A stretch of 64,000 nucleotides of DNA from an uncultured Solirubrobacteraceae bacterium (GTDB taxonomy: Bacteria; Actinomycetota; Thermoleophilia; Solirubrobacterales; Solirubrobacteraceae), in contig CAZPQW010000014.1 of assembly GCA_964588985.1 (NCBI GenBank), forward strand, positions 31,938 through 95,937, written 5' to 3'. The notes beneath the pieces were generated by a model. That model was given only the letters and a program-made list of their open reading frames with translations, had not been told where the DNA came from and did no database searches. Of this stretch, positions 9,604 to 19,479 are shown piece by piece. The position numbers and the translations under genes were made by a program. Within the stretch, counting starts at the first letter, position 1, and each line of letters begins with the position of its first letter.

Positions 9604-11936
9604 CGAGTGGGCCAGCGCCAGTCGTCGATGTCGGGCGGGTCGGCGCCGTGCTCGCGCGTGTAGGCGCGGTGGCGCAGGCGCTCGTCGGCCATCTGCTGGC
9701 GCAGGCTGGCGGCGTGCTCGACGAGCCCGGGCACGTGGTCGATGACGTCCATGACGAGGTGAAAGCGGTCGAGGTCGTTGAGCATCACCATGTCGAACGG
9801 GGTCGTGGTGGTGCCCTCCTCCTTGTAGCCGCGGACGTGGAGATGATCGTGAACCGCGCGGCGGTAGGTGAGACGGTGAATCAGCCACGGATAGCCGTGG
9901 TAGGCGAAGATCACCGGGCGGTCGGTGGTGAAGATGGCGTCGAAGTCGGCGTCCGGCAGGCCGTGGGGGTGCTCGCTGTCAGGCTCCAGGCGCATCAGGT
10001 CGACGACGTTCACGAGCCGAACCTTCAGCGCCGGCAGGTGCTCGCGGAGGATCGCCGCAGCCGCGACGCTCTCGAGCGTCGGGACGTCACCCGCACAGGC
10101 GAGCACGACATCGGGCTCCTCGTCTTCGGCGCACGAGAAGCAGTCCCAGATGCCGATGCCGCGCGCGCAGTGCGCGAGCGCCTCCTCCATCGAGAGGTAG
10201 TTGAGCGCGGGCTGCTTGCCGGCGACGATCACGTTGACGTAGTCGCGGCTGCGCAGGCAGTGGTCGGCGACGGACAGCAGGCAGTTCGCATCGGGAGGCA
10301 GGTACACGCGCACGATCTCGGCCTTCTTGTTGATCACGTGGTCGATGAACCCGGGGTCCTGGTGTGAGAAGCCATTGTGGTCCTGTCTCCAGACGTGCGA
10401 GGAAAGCAAATAATTAAGAGAAGGGATGGGTCTGCGCCAGGGAATCCCGCGCGTGACCTTCAGCCACTTGGCGTGCTGGTTGAACATCGAGTCGACGACG
10501 TGGATGAAAGCCTCGTAGCTGTTGAAGAGGCCGTGGCGGCCGGTGAGCAGATAGCCCTCGAGCCACCCCTGGCAGAGGTGCTCGGAGAGGACCTCCATGA
10601 CCCGGCCGTCGGGCGCGAGATGGTCGTCGGTGGCGACGCGCTCGGCGTCCCACGCGCGGTCGGTTACCTCGAAGACGTTGCCGAGCCGGTTCGATGCTGT
10701 CTCGTCCGGACCCATCAGCCGGAAGTTCTCGGGGTTGACGCGGATGACGTCGCGCAAAAACGATCCGAGCACGCGCGTGGGCTCGCTGACGGTCGCGGTG
10801 GGGGCGGGCACGTCGACGGCGTAGGAGCGGAAGTCGGGCAGCTCCAGCTCGCGCAGCAGCAGGCCGCCGTTGGCGTGCGGGTTGGCGCCCATCCGCCGCT
10901 CGCCGTCGGGGGCGATCGCGGCCAGCTCAGCTCGCAGCGCGCCTTGCTCGTCGAACAGCTCCTCGGGCCGGTAGGAGCGCATCCACTCCTCCAGTTGCGC
11001 GAGGTGCTCGGGGTTGCCGGCGAGGTCGGCGAGCGGTACCTGATGGGATCTGAAGGAGCCCTCGGCGGGAAGCCCGTCGACCATCTTGGGTCCCGTCCAG
11101 CCCTTGGGGGTGCGCAGCACGATCATGGGCCAGCGCGGGCGCTCTCGCTTGTTGTCCTCCCTCGCGCGGCGCTGGATCTCGGCGATCTCCGCGGTGATCT
11201 CGTCGAGCGTGGCGGCCATCAGCCGGTGCATCTCCTGCGGTTCGTCGCCCTCGACGAAGTGGGGCGCGTAGCCGTAGCCCTCCAGCAGCGCCCGCAGCTC
11301 CTGCGGGGCGATGCGCGCGAGCACGGTGGGGCTGGCGATCTTGTAGCCGTTGAGATGCAAAATCGGGAGCACCGCTCCGTCGCGGGCGGCGTTGAGGAAC
11401 TTGTTGGAGTGCCAGCTGGTGGCGAGCGGCCCGGTCTCCGCCTCGCCGTCGCCGACGACGCAGCACACGAGCAGATCGGGGTTGTCGAACGCCGCGCCGT
11501 AGGCGTGGGCGAGGGAGTAGCCCAGCTCGCCGCCCTCGTGGATCGAGCCCGGGGTCTCCGGCGCGACGTGGCTGGGGATGCCTCCTGGGAAGGAGAACTG
11601 GCGAAACAGCCGGCGGATGCCCTCCTCGTCGCGGCCGATGTGCGGGTAGACCTCGCTGTAGGTGCCCTCGAGGTAGACGTTCGCGAGCACTCCGGGACCG
11701 CCGTGGCCCGGTCCGGCGACGAAGATCGCGTTCAGGTCGCGCTCGCGAATCACCCTGTTGAGGTGCGCGTAGATGAAGTTCAGGCCCGGTGTGGTTCCCC
11801 AGTGGCCGAGCAGCCGCGCCTTTACGTGCTCGATCGCGAGCGGCTCGCGCAGCAGCGGGTTCTCGAGCAGGTAGATCTGGCCGACCGACAGGTAGTTGGC
11901 CGCGCGCCAATATGCGTCTAGCTCGCGAAGATCCAC
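9600..11936 (-). CDS. xfp: Xylulose-5-phosphate/fructose-6-phosphate phosphoketolase
   Basis: Motifs [39 protein letters not shown] and [12 protein letters not shown]. Start chosen at GTG 11936; ATG 11981 is an alternative. Confidence 0.95.
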   Translation of the reverse strand: MDLRELDAYWRAANYLSVGQIYLLENPLLREPLAIEHVKARLLGHWGTTPGLNFIYAHLNRVIRERDLNAIFVAGPGHGGPGVLANVYLEGTYSEVYPHIGRDEEGIRRLFRQFSFPGGIPSHVAPETPGSIHEGGELGYSLAHAYGAAFDNPDLLVCCVVGDGEAETGPLATSWHSNKFLNAARDGAVLPILHLNGYKIASPTVLARIAPQELRALLEGYGYAPHFVEGDEPQEMHRLMAATLDEITAEIAEIQRRAREDNKRERPRWPMIVLRTPKGWTGPKMVDGLPAEGSFRSHQVPLADLAGNPEHLAQLEEWMRSYRPEELFDEQGALRAELAAIAPDGERRMGANPHANGGLLLRELELPDFRSYAVDVPAPTATVSEPTRVLGSFLRDVIRVNPENFRLMGPDETASNRLGNVFEVTDRAWDAERVATDDHLAPDGRVMEVLSEHLCQGWLEGYLLTGRHGLFNSYEAFIHVVDSMFNQHAKWLKVTRGIPWRRPIPSLNYLLSSHVWRQDHNGFSHQDPGFIDHVINKKAEIVRVYLPPDANCLLSVADHCLRSRDYVNVIVAGKQPALNYLSMEEALAHCARGIGIWDCFSCAEDEEPDVVLACAGDVPTLESVAAAAILREHLPALKVRLVNVVDLMRLEPDSEHPHGLPDADFDAIFTTDRPVIFAYHGYPWLIHRLTYRRAVHDHLHVRGYKEEGTTTTPFDMVMLNDLDRFHLVMDVIDHVPGLVEHAASLRQQMADERLRHRAYTREHGADPPDIDDWRWPTR

Positions 11937-11961
11937 GTGCGCTAGCTTCGCAGCATCGGCG

Positions 11962-12000
11962 TAGGTAGAAGTCCGCAGCATCTCGGGTGCCCTACCCGGA
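11962..12000. promoter_or_regulatory. Putative response-regulator boxes in the xfp/usp divergent promoter
   Basis: TAGGTAGAAGTCCGCA (11962-11977) followed by CGGGT-N5-ACCCG (11984-11998); same layout as 3323-3360. Confidence 0.55.
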
Positions 12001-12057
12001 CGAACCGCCGCGCACTCGCGCTTAGCATCCTCGGCACGACGACAAAAGGAGCTGACG

Positions 12058-12948
12058 ATGTTCAAGAACGTGCTCGTGGGAGTGGACGGCAGGCCCAACG
12101 GCCGCGACGCCATCGCGCTCGCAAAGCGTCTCACCGATGCCACCGGAACGCTCACGCTCGCGCACGTCTACAGCGGCGAGTTGAACCCGTCGCACGCGAT
12201 CAGCCCAGGCCTGGTCAGAGAAGAGCAGGACGCCTCCGCGAAGCTGCTCGAAGACGAGCTCGCGGCCGCCGAGGTCGACGCGGAGCTCGTCAGCATCGTC
12301 GCGATGAGCCCAGGTCGCGGCCTTCACCAACAGGCCGAGGATCAGGGCGCGGATCTGCTCGTGGTCGGCTCCTGCAGTCGCGGAGCGTTCGGGCGGGCGA
12401 TGCTCGGGGACGACACGCGCGCCGCGCTGAACGGCTCTCCGTGCGCGGTCGCGATCGCGACGCTCGGCTATGCCACTCACCGTCCGCCGGTCGCGAAGAT
12501 CGGCGTTGGCTACAACGGCTCGCCGGAGGGCAGGGGGGCGCTCGAGATGGCACGCGAGCTCGCCGTCTCCACCGGGGCCACGGTTCACGCGCGGGAAGTG
12601 GTCTCGATACCGAGCGTCGCCTACACCGGCTTCATACCGCCCCTGCTCGGGGACAGCATGGACGAGCTGCTCCAGGAGGCACGGGGTCGCATGAGCGCCC
12701 TGCCGGATGTGAACGGCAGCGCGGTCTACGGACTCACGGGCGAGGAGCTGGCGGCCTTCAGCGAAGAGGTGGATCTGCTCGTGGTCGGCTCGCGCAGCTA
12801 TGGCCCGGTGAAGCGCCTGGTGGTCGGCAGCACGTCGAACTACCTCGAGCGTCACGCGCGTTGCGCGCTGCTGGTCCTGCCTCGTCCGCACGCCAGTGAC
12901 GGCGAGCAGAGCGAGCATGCGGCAGTGGGCTCAGGCGTAGCCGCCTGA
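12058..12948 (+). CDS. Universal stress protein (tandem USP domains)
   Basis: [11 protein letters not shown]; ADLLVVGS-type motif twice; [26 protein letters not shown]. Confidence 0.93.
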   Translation: MFKNVLVGVDGRPNGRDAIALAKRLTDATGTLTLAHVYSGELNPSHAISPGLVREEQDASAKLLEDELAAAEVDAELVSIVAMSPGRGLHQQAEDQGADLLVVGSCSRGAFGRAMLGDDTRAALNGSPCAVAIATLGYATHRPPVAKIGVGYNGSPEGRGALEMARELAVSTGATVHAREVVSIPSVAYTGFIPPLLGDSMDELLQEARGRMSALPDVNGSAVYGLTGEELAAFSEEVDLLVVGSRSYGPVKRLVVGSTSNYLERHARCALLVLPRPHASDGEQSEHAAVGSGVAA

Positions 12949-12961
12949 CCGAGAGCCTGTT

Positions 12962-13864
12962 CTAAGCGGTGATGCGGGTCCCGGCCCTGCCGGCGAGGAT
13001 GGCCGCCGCATCGGAGAGCGCGCCGATGGCGGCGAGCTTGCCGGTGTCGAGTGCGAATCGGCATGCGGCTTCGAGCTTGGGGCGCATCGACCCTGCGGCG
13101 AACTCGTCGAGATCGAGATCGCCCACTGAGGCTGCGTGGATCGGCTGTGCGGCCTCGGTCGCGTGGCCGCGCTCGACGTAGGGGACGTCCGTCAACAGCA
13201 GCAGCGCGTCCGCGTCTAGCTCGCGTGCGAGCAGCGCCGCGGAGCGATCCTTGTCGATCACCGCCTCCACGCCGTGCAGCGCGCGATGCTCGTCGAGCGT
13301 GACCGGGATCCCGCCGCCGCCGACGCACACGACGAGGACGCCGGCGTCCACGAGTATGCGGATCGTCTGCAGCTCGACGATCGCCTGGGGCTCCGGCGAG
13401 GGGACCACGCGCCGCCAGTGCTCGCCGTCCGGGGCGACGCTCCAGTTGCGCTCTCGACCCAGACGCTCGGCGGTCGCGCGGTCGTAGATCGGGCCGATCG
13501 GCTTGCTCGGGTGCTGGAAGGAAGGGTCGTGCGCGTCGACGATCACCTGTGTGAGGAGCGTCGCCGTCGGTGTCCCGGGCAGCCGGCTCGCGAGACCCTG
13601 CTCGAGCAGGTAGCCGATCATGCCCTCCGACTCGGCGCCGAGAACATCGAGGGGGTAGGGGGCGACCTGCGGGTATGCCTCCGCCTGCAGCGCGAGCAGC
13701 CCCACTTGCGGCCCGTTGCCGTGCGTGACGACCACTCGGTGCTCGCCGGCGAGCTCCGCGAGCGCGTCGACGGCGATCGCGACGTTCCCGCGCTGGGTCT
13801 GTGCGTCCGCGGGCTCCCCGCGACGCAGCAGCGCGTTGCCTCCGAGCGCGGCGACGATCAGCAT
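12962..13864 (-). CDS. arcC: Carbamate kinase
   Basis: Motifs ALGGNAL, THGNGPQVG, PSKPIGP, WRRVVPSP, GGGGIPV, EAVIDKD and GSMRPK. Confidence 0.93.
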   Translation of the reverse strand: MLIVAALGGNALLRRGEPADAQTQRGNVAIAVDALAELAGEHRVVVTHGNGPQVGLLALQAEAYPQVAPYPLDVLGAESEGMIGYLLEQGLASRLPGTPTATLLTQVIVDAHDPSFQHPSKPIGPIYDRATAERLGRERNWSVAPDGEHWRRVVPSPEPQAIVELQTIRILVDAGVLVVCVGGGGIPVTLDEHRALHGVEAVIDKDRSAALLARELDADALLLLTDVPYVERGHATEAAQPIHAASVGDLDLDEFAAGSMRPKLEAACRFALDTGKLAAIGALSDAAAILAGRAGTRITA

Positions 13865-13919
13865 CTGGTGTAACCGTAGAGGGCGGCTACGGCGTCTGCT
13901 GCTCGGCCGACGCGGAAGC

Positions 13920-14282
13920 TCAGACCGGACGGTCGAGGATGAACGTCTCGACGGCGATGTCCGGGTCGACGTGGTTGCCGCTGACGAACGCAAGCACCTT
14001 GCGGCCCGTGAGTCGCTCGATGGCCGCCCTGAAGTCGACTTCCATCGCCTCCTGCAGGAGCTGGCGCATGTTCGTCACCGCGCGCTTCTCGCCACTGCGC
14101 ACGAGCGCGCGCTCGGCCGGTGTCATCACCTCGCGCATGATCACCGTGACCATCTGGTCGCTGTGGATCGTGGAGGCGCTGGTCGGGCCGCGGCCGAGGT
14201 GCTCGGTCTGAATCCCGACGATCGCGCTCGTTATCGCCGCGTTCAACTCGCCGCCCTTGAGATACATCTGCTCGGTAGGCAT
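13920..14282 (-). CDS. DUF2294 / MpsC-family protein
   Basis: HLGRGP...MTPAERAL...IERLTGRKVLAFVSGNHVDPDIAVETFIL is typical of the family. Confidence 0.8.
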   Translation of the reverse strand: MPTEQMYLKGGELNAAITSAIVGIQTEHLGRGPTSASTIHSDQMVTVIMREVMTPAERALVRSGEKRAVTNMRQLLQEAMEVDFRAAIERLTGRKVLAFVSGNHVDPDIAVETFILDRPV

Positions 14283-14574
14283 GCGCCACCTCGGTTGGCA
14301 GGCTCTCGGATGGTCGGACCCACACGTCGGAAGAGAGCGAGCCACAAGGCCCAGGCGAGCGAGGAGCTATCAGCATATCGCGCAACGCCGTGAGCTCCAG
14401 GAGATGTCTCCTTCCTGTCACTCTTGCGTTGACTAGAGCGAGGTGCCAGACTCGAGGAGCGTTCGCGCGCTTCGGTGAGAGGGGTGGCGCGGGTGCGGCG
14501 TGTGGAAGATGGGTGCGAGCTGGGCTGGATCAGGCTCGGCTCGGCTCCTCGCAGGCAAGTCGCGTGGAGCCCTG

Positions 14575-16314
14575 ATGATCGATCCCGCCTCTCGGCAAGT
14601 TCTGGATTTGGCGCGCAGCGTGCTTGCCGAGCTCGACGTGGAGGTGGTCCTCGACCGTGTGCTGAGCGCCGCGCGAGAGCTCACGGGCGCGCGCTACGCC
14701 GCGCTAGGGGTGCTCGATCCCTCGGGCGCCGAGCTCGAGCGATTCGTCACCTCCGGCATCAACGAGCGAACGCGTGCCAGGATCGGAGATCTTCCGCGCG
14801 GCCGCGGTGTGCTCGGGGACTTGATCGAGCACCCGGCTCCGTTGCGCCTCGAGGATGTAGGCGCGCATCCACGCTCGTACGGCTTCCCCGCGGGCCATCC
14901 CCCGATGCAGACGTTCCTCGGGGTCCCGATCGTGATTTCCGGGCGCGCCTTCGGGAATCTCTACCTGACCGAGAAGGCAGGCGGAGAGCAGTTCACCGCA
15001 GAGGACGCGCAGGCGGCGGTCGTGCTGGCCGAGTTCGCGGCGGTAGCCATCGAGAATGCGCAGCTCTACGGTGGCGCCAAGCATCAGCGTGACGAGCTCG
15101 AGCGCACCGTCGCCACGCTGGAGGCCACCACCCACATCACGCGCGCGGTGGGCGATGAGACCGATATGGCGGTCGTGCTGGAGATGGTCGCCAAGCGCGG
15201 ACGCGCGCTCGTCAGCGCGAGGGTGCTCGTAATCGAGCTGTTCGACGGCGTCGATCACCTGACGATCGCTGTGGGCGCGGGAGAGTGGTCGCAGAGCATG
15301 GAGGGCGAACGCGTTCCACTGAAGGACACGGTGGCTGAGATCGCGCTGCGCACGCTGCAGACGCAGCGACTGGAGGACGAGCTGAACCGGGCACGTTTCG
15401 ACCAGCACGGTCTCGGTCGTCTCGGGGTGCGTGCCGAAGCCGGCCTGGCGGTTCCGCTGGTGTTCAACGGCCGCCCCCACGGGGTGCTGATGGTGATCGA
15501 TCGGCTGGAGGACGGCCCGGGGTTCACCGCTGGGGACGTACGACTGCTGGAGGCGTTCGCATCCAGTGCCGCGACGGCCGTTGCCACCGCGAAGTCGGTC
15601 GCCACCGACCGCACGCAGCAGCGTCTTGCGGCTGCTGAGGCAGAACGCACACGGTGGGCGCGCGAACTGCACGACGAAACGCTGCAGCGACTCGCGGCGC
15701 TGCAGATCGCGCTGTCCTACGCCCGTCGCTCGGGGCTCCGGGAGAGGATGGAGGAGGCGATCGACAACGCGAGAGGGCTGTTGGAATCCGAGATCGCCAA
15801 CTTGAGATCCCTGATCTCCGAGCTGCGTCCACCGACCCTGGATGAACTCGGCCTGAGCACGGCGCTGGAAGCGCTCGGCGCGCGAGCGACCAGTCAGGGA
15901 ATGGACGTCGATGTGAGCGTGGAGATGGCCTCCGGGCTGAACGGGGGCGCGATTGCGCGGCATACCGCGGAGCTCGAGACGGCGATTTACAGGCTCGTGC
16001 AGGAGGCGCTCACCAACGCGGCAACGCATGGGAAGGCCAGGCGCACCGTCGTCGAAGTTCAGGAGAGTGAAGGCGCTGTCCATGTGAGCGTTCGCGACGA
16101 CGGCGACGGCTTCGACACCGCCGCCCAGACGGATGGCTTTGGACTGCTCGGGATGCGCGAGCGCGTCGATATGGTCGATGGCGATCTACAGATCGACTCC
16201 GGAGCAGGCGGTACGACCGTAAACGCTGTCTTCCCCGTGAGGCGCGGCGTGCGCCCCGAATCGGCGGCCCGTCCGCAAGCGCTGCGTGTCAGTGCTTTGC
16301 CGTCGCCAAGATGA
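14575..16314 (+). CDS. Soluble GAF-GAF sensor histidine kinase, HisKA_3 (DosS/DevS-like)
   Basis: GAF motifs ARYAALGV and GFPAGHPPMQTFLGVPI...GNLYLTEK; H-box WARELHDETLQ; VQEALTNA; DDGDGF; GFGLLGMRER. Confidence 0.9.
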   Translation: MIDPASRQVLDLARSVLAELDVEVVLDRVLSAARELTGARYAALGVLDPSGAELERFVTSGINERTRARIGDLPRGRGVLGDLIEHPAPLRLEDVGAHPRSYGFPAGHPPMQTFLGVPIVISGRAFGNLYLTEKAGGEQFTAEDAQAAVVLAEFAAVAIENAQLYGGAKHQRDELERTVATLEATTHITRAVGDETDMAVVLEMVAKRGRALVSARVLVIELFDGVDHLTIAVGAGEWSQSMEGERVPLKDTVAEIALRTLQTQRLEDELNRARFDQHGLGRLGVRAEAGLAVPLVFNGRPHGVLMVIDRLEDGPGFTAGDVRLLEAFASSAATAVATAKSVATDRTQQRLAAAEAERTRWARELHDETLQRLAALQIALSYARRSGLRERMEEAIDNARGLLESEIANLRSLISELRPPTLDELGLSTALEALGARATSQGMDVDVSVEMASGLNGGAIARHTAELETAIYRLVQEALTNAATHGKARRTVVEVQESEGAVHVSVRDDGDGFDTAAQTDGFGLLGMRERVDMVDGDLQIDSGAGGTTVNAVFPVRRGVRPESAARPQALRVSALPSPR

Positions 16315-16358
16315 GGACTTGCCACGTTGGGGAGCGCACGAGCGAGGTCTAGTCTCGA

Positions 16359-16835
16359 ATGATGGCTCCCGGTTTGCATCTCGTCTCTGATTCGGACCGT
16401 GAGGGCGTTCATCTGGAGAGTGGACGGATCAGGGTCGTGCTCGCCGACGATCACGAGGCGGTTCGACGAAGCCTGCGACAGGTGCTCGACAGCGAGGAGA
16501 GCATCGAGGTGGTCGCCGAAGCGCAGGACCTCGACTCGCTGATGCGCGTCATCGGCACACGGCCGGCGGTCCTCGCACTCGATCCATCGATGTTGGGCAC
16601 ACCTCGCCTCGAGACACTGCGACGGGCGCACAGTCAGGCGCCCAACACCGAGATAGTCGTGCTCAGCATGACCGACGACCCGAACCTTGCCCAGCAGACC
16701 CTCAACGCCGGCGCGACGGGCTTCGTGCTGAAGGACATGGCCGCAGAGGAGCTGCCGACAGCCATCCACAGCGCGGCGGCCGGGAAGCGGTACGTGAGCC
16801 CGCGGATCGCGGTGCAGCTCGCGCAGGTGTTCTAG
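16359..16835 (+). CDS. NarL-type response-regulator receiver domain lacking the C-terminal HTH
   Basis: IRVVLADDH...LALD...GATGFVLK...YVSPRIA, then stop. Confidence 0.8.
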   Translation: MMAPGLHLVSDSDREGVHLESGRIRVVLADDHEAVRRSLRQVLDSEESIEVVAEAQDLDSLMRVIGTRPAVLALDPSMLGTPRLETLRRAHSQAPNTEIVVLSMTDDPNLAQQTLNAGATGFVLKDMAAEELPTAIHSAAAGKRYVSPRIAVQLAQVF

Positions 16836-16839
16836 AGCT

Positions 16840-17769
16840 ATGAGTCGCGTCGCGATCTTCGCTCCGCACCCGCTGCTCACGGTGACACTCGAGCGGGAGG
16901 GCCCCGAGCGCGAGCAGGTGCACTTTCACCCTGGCGGGCAGGGAGTGTGGGTGGCACGAATGGCTGCGTGCATGGGCGCCGACCCGGTGTTGTGCGGCTT
17001 TCTGGGTGGGGAGAGCGGGGACATCCTGGAGGGGCTGCTCGGGAGACTCCAGGGCCATCGACGGCTGGTGCGCACCACGTCCGCGAGCGGCTGCTACGTC
17101 ACCGACCGCCGCTCGGGCGAGCGCGAGCTGCTCACATTCACGCTCAGCGACCCGCCTTCGCGCCACGAGCTGGACGAGCTGTTCTCGCTCACGGTCGGCG
17201 AGGCGCTCACCACCGGCTGGCTCGTCGTCACAAACCCGATGCCGGGGGACGCGCTTCCGATCGAGGTGTACGGCGACCTCGTCGCGGATGCGCGCGCGGG
17301 CGGGGCGCGCACTCTCGTGGACCTCTCCTCGCCGCGCCTGGACAGCGCGCTGCGGGGCAGGCCGGATGTGGTGAAGCTCAACGACTGGGAGCTTGCGCAG
17401 TTCGTGTGCGGTCCGGTCTCCGAGCCGGAGCAGATGCTCGCCGCCGCGCGGCGGCTGCGCGACGAGGGCGCCGGCGCGGTGATCGTCACCCGAGGTGAGC
17501 TTCCGGGTCTGGTGCTCAGCGAGCGGGGCGCGTGGGAGCTGCGACCGCCCCGTCTGACGCGAGGGTTTCGCGAGGGCTGCGGGGACGCGATGATGGGCGC
17601 CCTCGCCGCGAGCTGGGCTCAGGGTGAGAGCTTCGAGCGGGCGGTGCTCGTGGGCGCAGCCGCGGGCGCGGCCAACTTCCTGCGCCACGGGCTCGGCAGC
17701 GCATCTTGCGAGAGCGTCGAGCAGCTCATCGAGAGCGTTGCGCTGGAGCCGCTCACGGCAAGGGTGTGA
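16840..17769 (+). CDS. PfkB-family carbohydrate kinase (1-phosphofructokinase-like)
   Basis: Motifs PGGQGVWVAR, VKLNDWEL, VIVTRG and GCGDAM. Confidence 0.85.
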   Translation: MSRVAIFAPHPLLTVTLEREGPEREQVHFHPGGQGVWVARMAACMGADPVLCGFLGGESGDILEGLLGRLQGHRRLVRTTSASGCYVTDRRSGERELLTFTLSDPPSRHELDELFSLTVGEALTTGWLVVTNPMPGDALPIEVYGDLVADARAGGARTLVDLSSPRLDSALRGRPDVVKLNDWELAQFVCGPVSEPEQMLAAARRLRDEGAGAVIVTRGELPGLVLSERGAWELRPPRLTRGFREGCGDAMMGALAASWAQGESFERAVLVGAAAGAANFLRHGLGSASCESVEQLIESVALEPLTARV

Positions 17770-18472
17770 CAGGCTCCGCGCGCAGTATCGCCTGTGGCGC
17801 CTCGTCGGTCATCCAGATCATTCGGGCGGGCGTGCAGACGCTCGCGAGGCGCTCGAATCCGCTTGCGAGCCGCACGGGACGGCCCGCGAGCGAGGAGTGT
17901 GCGTCGCTGCCGAGTAGGTGAACGAGGCCGTCGCTCGCCATGCGCAGGACGAGATCGTCCGCGATCCCCTGCGCGACGAACTCGGCCGTCCACTGGATCA
18001 GGCAGCCGCGACTGGCGAGCTCCCGCAGGCGCTCCTCGAAGTCGGCTCCGGCGTGACGCTCGGGGTGTGCGATTACGCACCCCATGCCTTTGCCTGCGAG
18101 TCGGTCGACGAGATCATCGAGATCGCTCGTGATGGGCCCGGGAGCGGGCTCCAACAGAACCCATCCACCGGCTCCGCCGAGCGCCACCAGGTGGAGCTGC
18201 TCGTCGGTGAGACTGTCGGCCTCGGTCTGCGCGAGCTCGCCTCCCGGCGTGACCCGGACGCTCACTCCCTGCTCGTCCAGCTCCTGCTGAACGGCCGCGA
18301 CGCGTGAGGCGATCTCCTCGATCTCGACCGCGTGGTCGTGGCGGACGTGCGGGGTCGCGCAGACCACGGCGATGCCGTCCTGCTCGGCCTGACGCGCCAT
18401 CGCGACACTGTCCGTCATGTCGAGTGCGCCGTCGTCGAGGCCGGGCAGGATGTGGCAGTGGAGGTCGATCAC
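17753..18472 (-). CDS. PHP-family tyrosine-protein phosphatase (CpsB/CapC/YwqE-like)
   Basis: Motifs MIDLHCHILPGLDDG, ATPH, IAHPER and GSDAH. Confidence 0.9.
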   Translation of the reverse strand: MIDLHCHILPGLDDGALDMTDSVAMARQAEQDGIAVVCATPHVRHDHAVEIEEIASRVAAVQQELDEQGVSVRVTPGGELAQTEADSLTDEQLHLVALGGAGGWVLLEPAPGPITSDLDDLVDRLAGKGMGCVIAHPERHAGADFEERLRELASRGCLIQWTAEFVAQGIADDLVLRMASDGLVHLLGSDAHSSLAGRPVRLASGFERLASVCTPARMIWMTDEAPQAILRAEPVTPLP

Positions 18473-18506
18473 CGTTGTGCAGGCTTCGGGCCGGCTCGGT
18501 TTGCGC

Positions 18507-18794
18507 TCACGACGCGCGCTCTCCGCGTCGTGAGTGAGATGGGCCGTAGGTCCTCTGCAGCTGCTGGACGCGCTCGCGCAGCTTGCGGTTCTCGACGCGC
18601 AGCGTGGCGGCTTGTCGGCGCGCGCTCGCCAGTTCTTGTGCGAACACGGGGACGATCATGCGTAGGTTGTGTAAACGGTCGAGCAGATGATCGCGATCGG
18701 ACGCGTGAGCGTTCAGCGCGGGTGGGCCGATCCGCTGGGAGCTGATTTCCGGCGAGCGTGCCGGTGCTGGGGAGGTTGTCAATTGTGCTGGCAT
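18507..18794 (-). CDS. Hypothetical small coiled-coil protein
   Basis: Fills an intergenic gap; GGAG lies before the ATG; heptad-like stretch AQELASARRQAATLRVENRKLRERVQQL. Confidence 0.6.
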   Translation of the reverse strand: MPAQLTTSPAPARSPEISSQRIGPPALNAHASDRDHLLDRLHNLRMIVPVFAQELASARRQAATLRVENRKLRERVQQLQRTYGPSHSRRGERAS

Positions 18795-18927
18795 CCGACG
18801 CTCCGATCTGGTGATTGGGCAGAGTTCAATATTCCGGCTGTCGCCCGTCTGTGGCATCCGCAGGCGCCACTGAGCCGGGTTGCGGGTTTGCCGAAGCGTT
18901 CCCGCACAGGCGGTGCGGCAGGCCGAG

Positions 18928-19461
18928 CTAGTGGCCGTTGACGTCGGTCCGAAGCTCGCCTGGAGGCCCTGGCTCGCCGGGACGGAGGTCCATCTGCCAC
19001 CACTTCACGTCGTGCCATGCGCCCGCCTTCCAGCCGATCCGACGGTAGGTCCCGACCGGGACGAAACCCATCGCACGGTGCAGGCCGTCGCTCGCCGCGT
19101 TCGGTTGGGTGACCCCTGCACACAGGGTCCACAGGCCGATCGTTCGCAGCTGCTCGAACAGGCGTGTGTAGAGCTCGCGCCCGACGCCCTCACGGTGGTG
19201 GTCGGCGTGGATGTAGACGGCGACGTTCGCCGCCCAGCGGTAGGCGGCGCGCTCGAGGTGGGGCGACCCGTAGGCGTAGCCGAGCACGACGTCCTCGTGT
19301 TCGGCGATCACCCACGAGTAGGCCGACTCGATCCGAGCCGACATCTCCTCCACGGTCGGTGGCGTGATCTCGAACGACGCGACCGAGTCGGACACGTACG
19401 GTGCGTAGATAGCCGCACAAGCGGCCGCGTCGCGTCGAGGGTCGGCGTTGCGGATGAGCAC
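18928..19461 (-). CDS. GNAT N-acetyltransferase, phosphinothricin-acetyltransferase-like
   Basis: IYAPYV...SFEITPP...LGYAY...AVYI...GVG...LHRAMGF...GWKAGAWHDV. Confidence 0.88.
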   Translation of the reverse strand: MLIRNADPRRDAAACAAIYAPYVSDSVASFEITPPTVEEMSARIESAYSWVIAEHEDVVLGYAYGSPHLERAAYRWAANVAVYIHADHHREGVGRELYTRLFEQLRTIGLWTLCAGVTQPNAASDGLHRAMGFVPVGTYRRIGWKAGAWHDVKWWQMDLRPGEPGPPGELRTDVNGH

Positions 19462-19479
19462 TGTGCCATTCTCTATTAC

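Noticed and set aside
11937-12155. ORF-track N-terminal extensions of xfp (also ackA, arcC, tasA, the MEDS protein and others)
   Set aside because: They overlap neighbouring genes or promoters. Homology begins at the downstream starts used here.
13874-13892. Palindrome CCGTAG-N7-CTACGG upstream of arcC as a third regulator box
   Set aside because: The spacing differs from the 16-bp box, and one arm is explained by the -10 element TACGGT.
18830-18910. Minus-strand GGCAAACC...GACAGCCGG resembling a c-di-GMP-I riboswitch
   Set aside because: It lacks the GAAA tetraloop stem and the GACGCAAAG junction; only generic hairpins are present.
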